64,000 nt of DNA from Macrostomum lignano (Eukaryota). Of this stretch, positions 63,600-64,000 are shown in pieces (the first letter of the stretch is position 1; the number at the start of each line of letters is the position of its first letter). The translations under genes were made by a program, and so were the position numbers. The notes beneath the pieces were generated by a model, which was given only the letters and a program-made list of their open reading frames with translations, did not search any database and was not told the DNA's origin. The stretch is from contig NIVC01000725.1 in assembly GCA_002269645.1 (NCBI GenBank), positions 186,296-250,295 of the forward strand, read 5' to 3'.

Positions 63600-64000
63600 G
63601 TCATATCCCAGTCGCATCCAAGTCACATCTCAGTCACATTCCAGTCACATTAGAATAACACCCTAGTCACATGCCAGTCACATATTAGTCACATACCAGT
63701 CACATCCCAGTCACATCTCAGTCATATCCCAGTCACATTCCAGTCACATCACATTACAATAACACCCTAGTCACATGCCAGTCACATTCCAGTCGCATGC
63801 CAGTCACATCAATCACAGGTAGGCCATATCCCAGTCACAGGTAAGCTACATCCCAGTCACACCCCAGTCACAGATAAGCCACATCCCAGTCACAGGAAAG
63901 CCACATCCCAATCACAGGTAAGCCACCTCCGAGTCACAGATAAGTGACATCCCAATCACAGCTCAGTCACATCGCAGTCTCAGATAAGTCACATCCCAGT
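63600..64000. repeat. ~11-bp CCAGTCACAT degenerate array
   Basis: Direct reading; runs off the window end. Confidence 0.85.

Overview
Eukaryotic (metazoan) genomic DNA with spliced genes and minisatellite-filled introns. The gene style resembles a free-living flatworm such as Macrostomum, but that is inference only. Genes in order: NMDA receptor GluN2/Nmdar2-type subunit (+, 5' end outside the window), double alpha-crystallin small HSP (-), PTPN13-like KIND-FERM-4xPDZ protein with a degenerate PTP domain (-, with an intronic tRNA-Gln), Canopy/saposin-like ER protein (-), SMIM15 (-), beta-PIX/ARHGEF7-like RhoGEF (-), MARVEL protein (+), and two tandem SLC25A19-like mitochondrial carriers (+). 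The most notable object is a 2.3-kb Crypton-type tyrosine-recombinase element in an Nmdar2 intron. It splits a CORE-type SINE, so its ends can be read exactly: a CATTG direct repeat, nested inverted repeats at both ends and a 28-bp terminal hairpin. Other signals are tandem arrays amplified from splice donors, an exon bracketed by complementary microsatellites, a mosaic SLC25A19 duplication, promoter-motif arrays and two strongly CpG-depleted blocks. Exon models were read by eye, and repeat boundaries are approximate.
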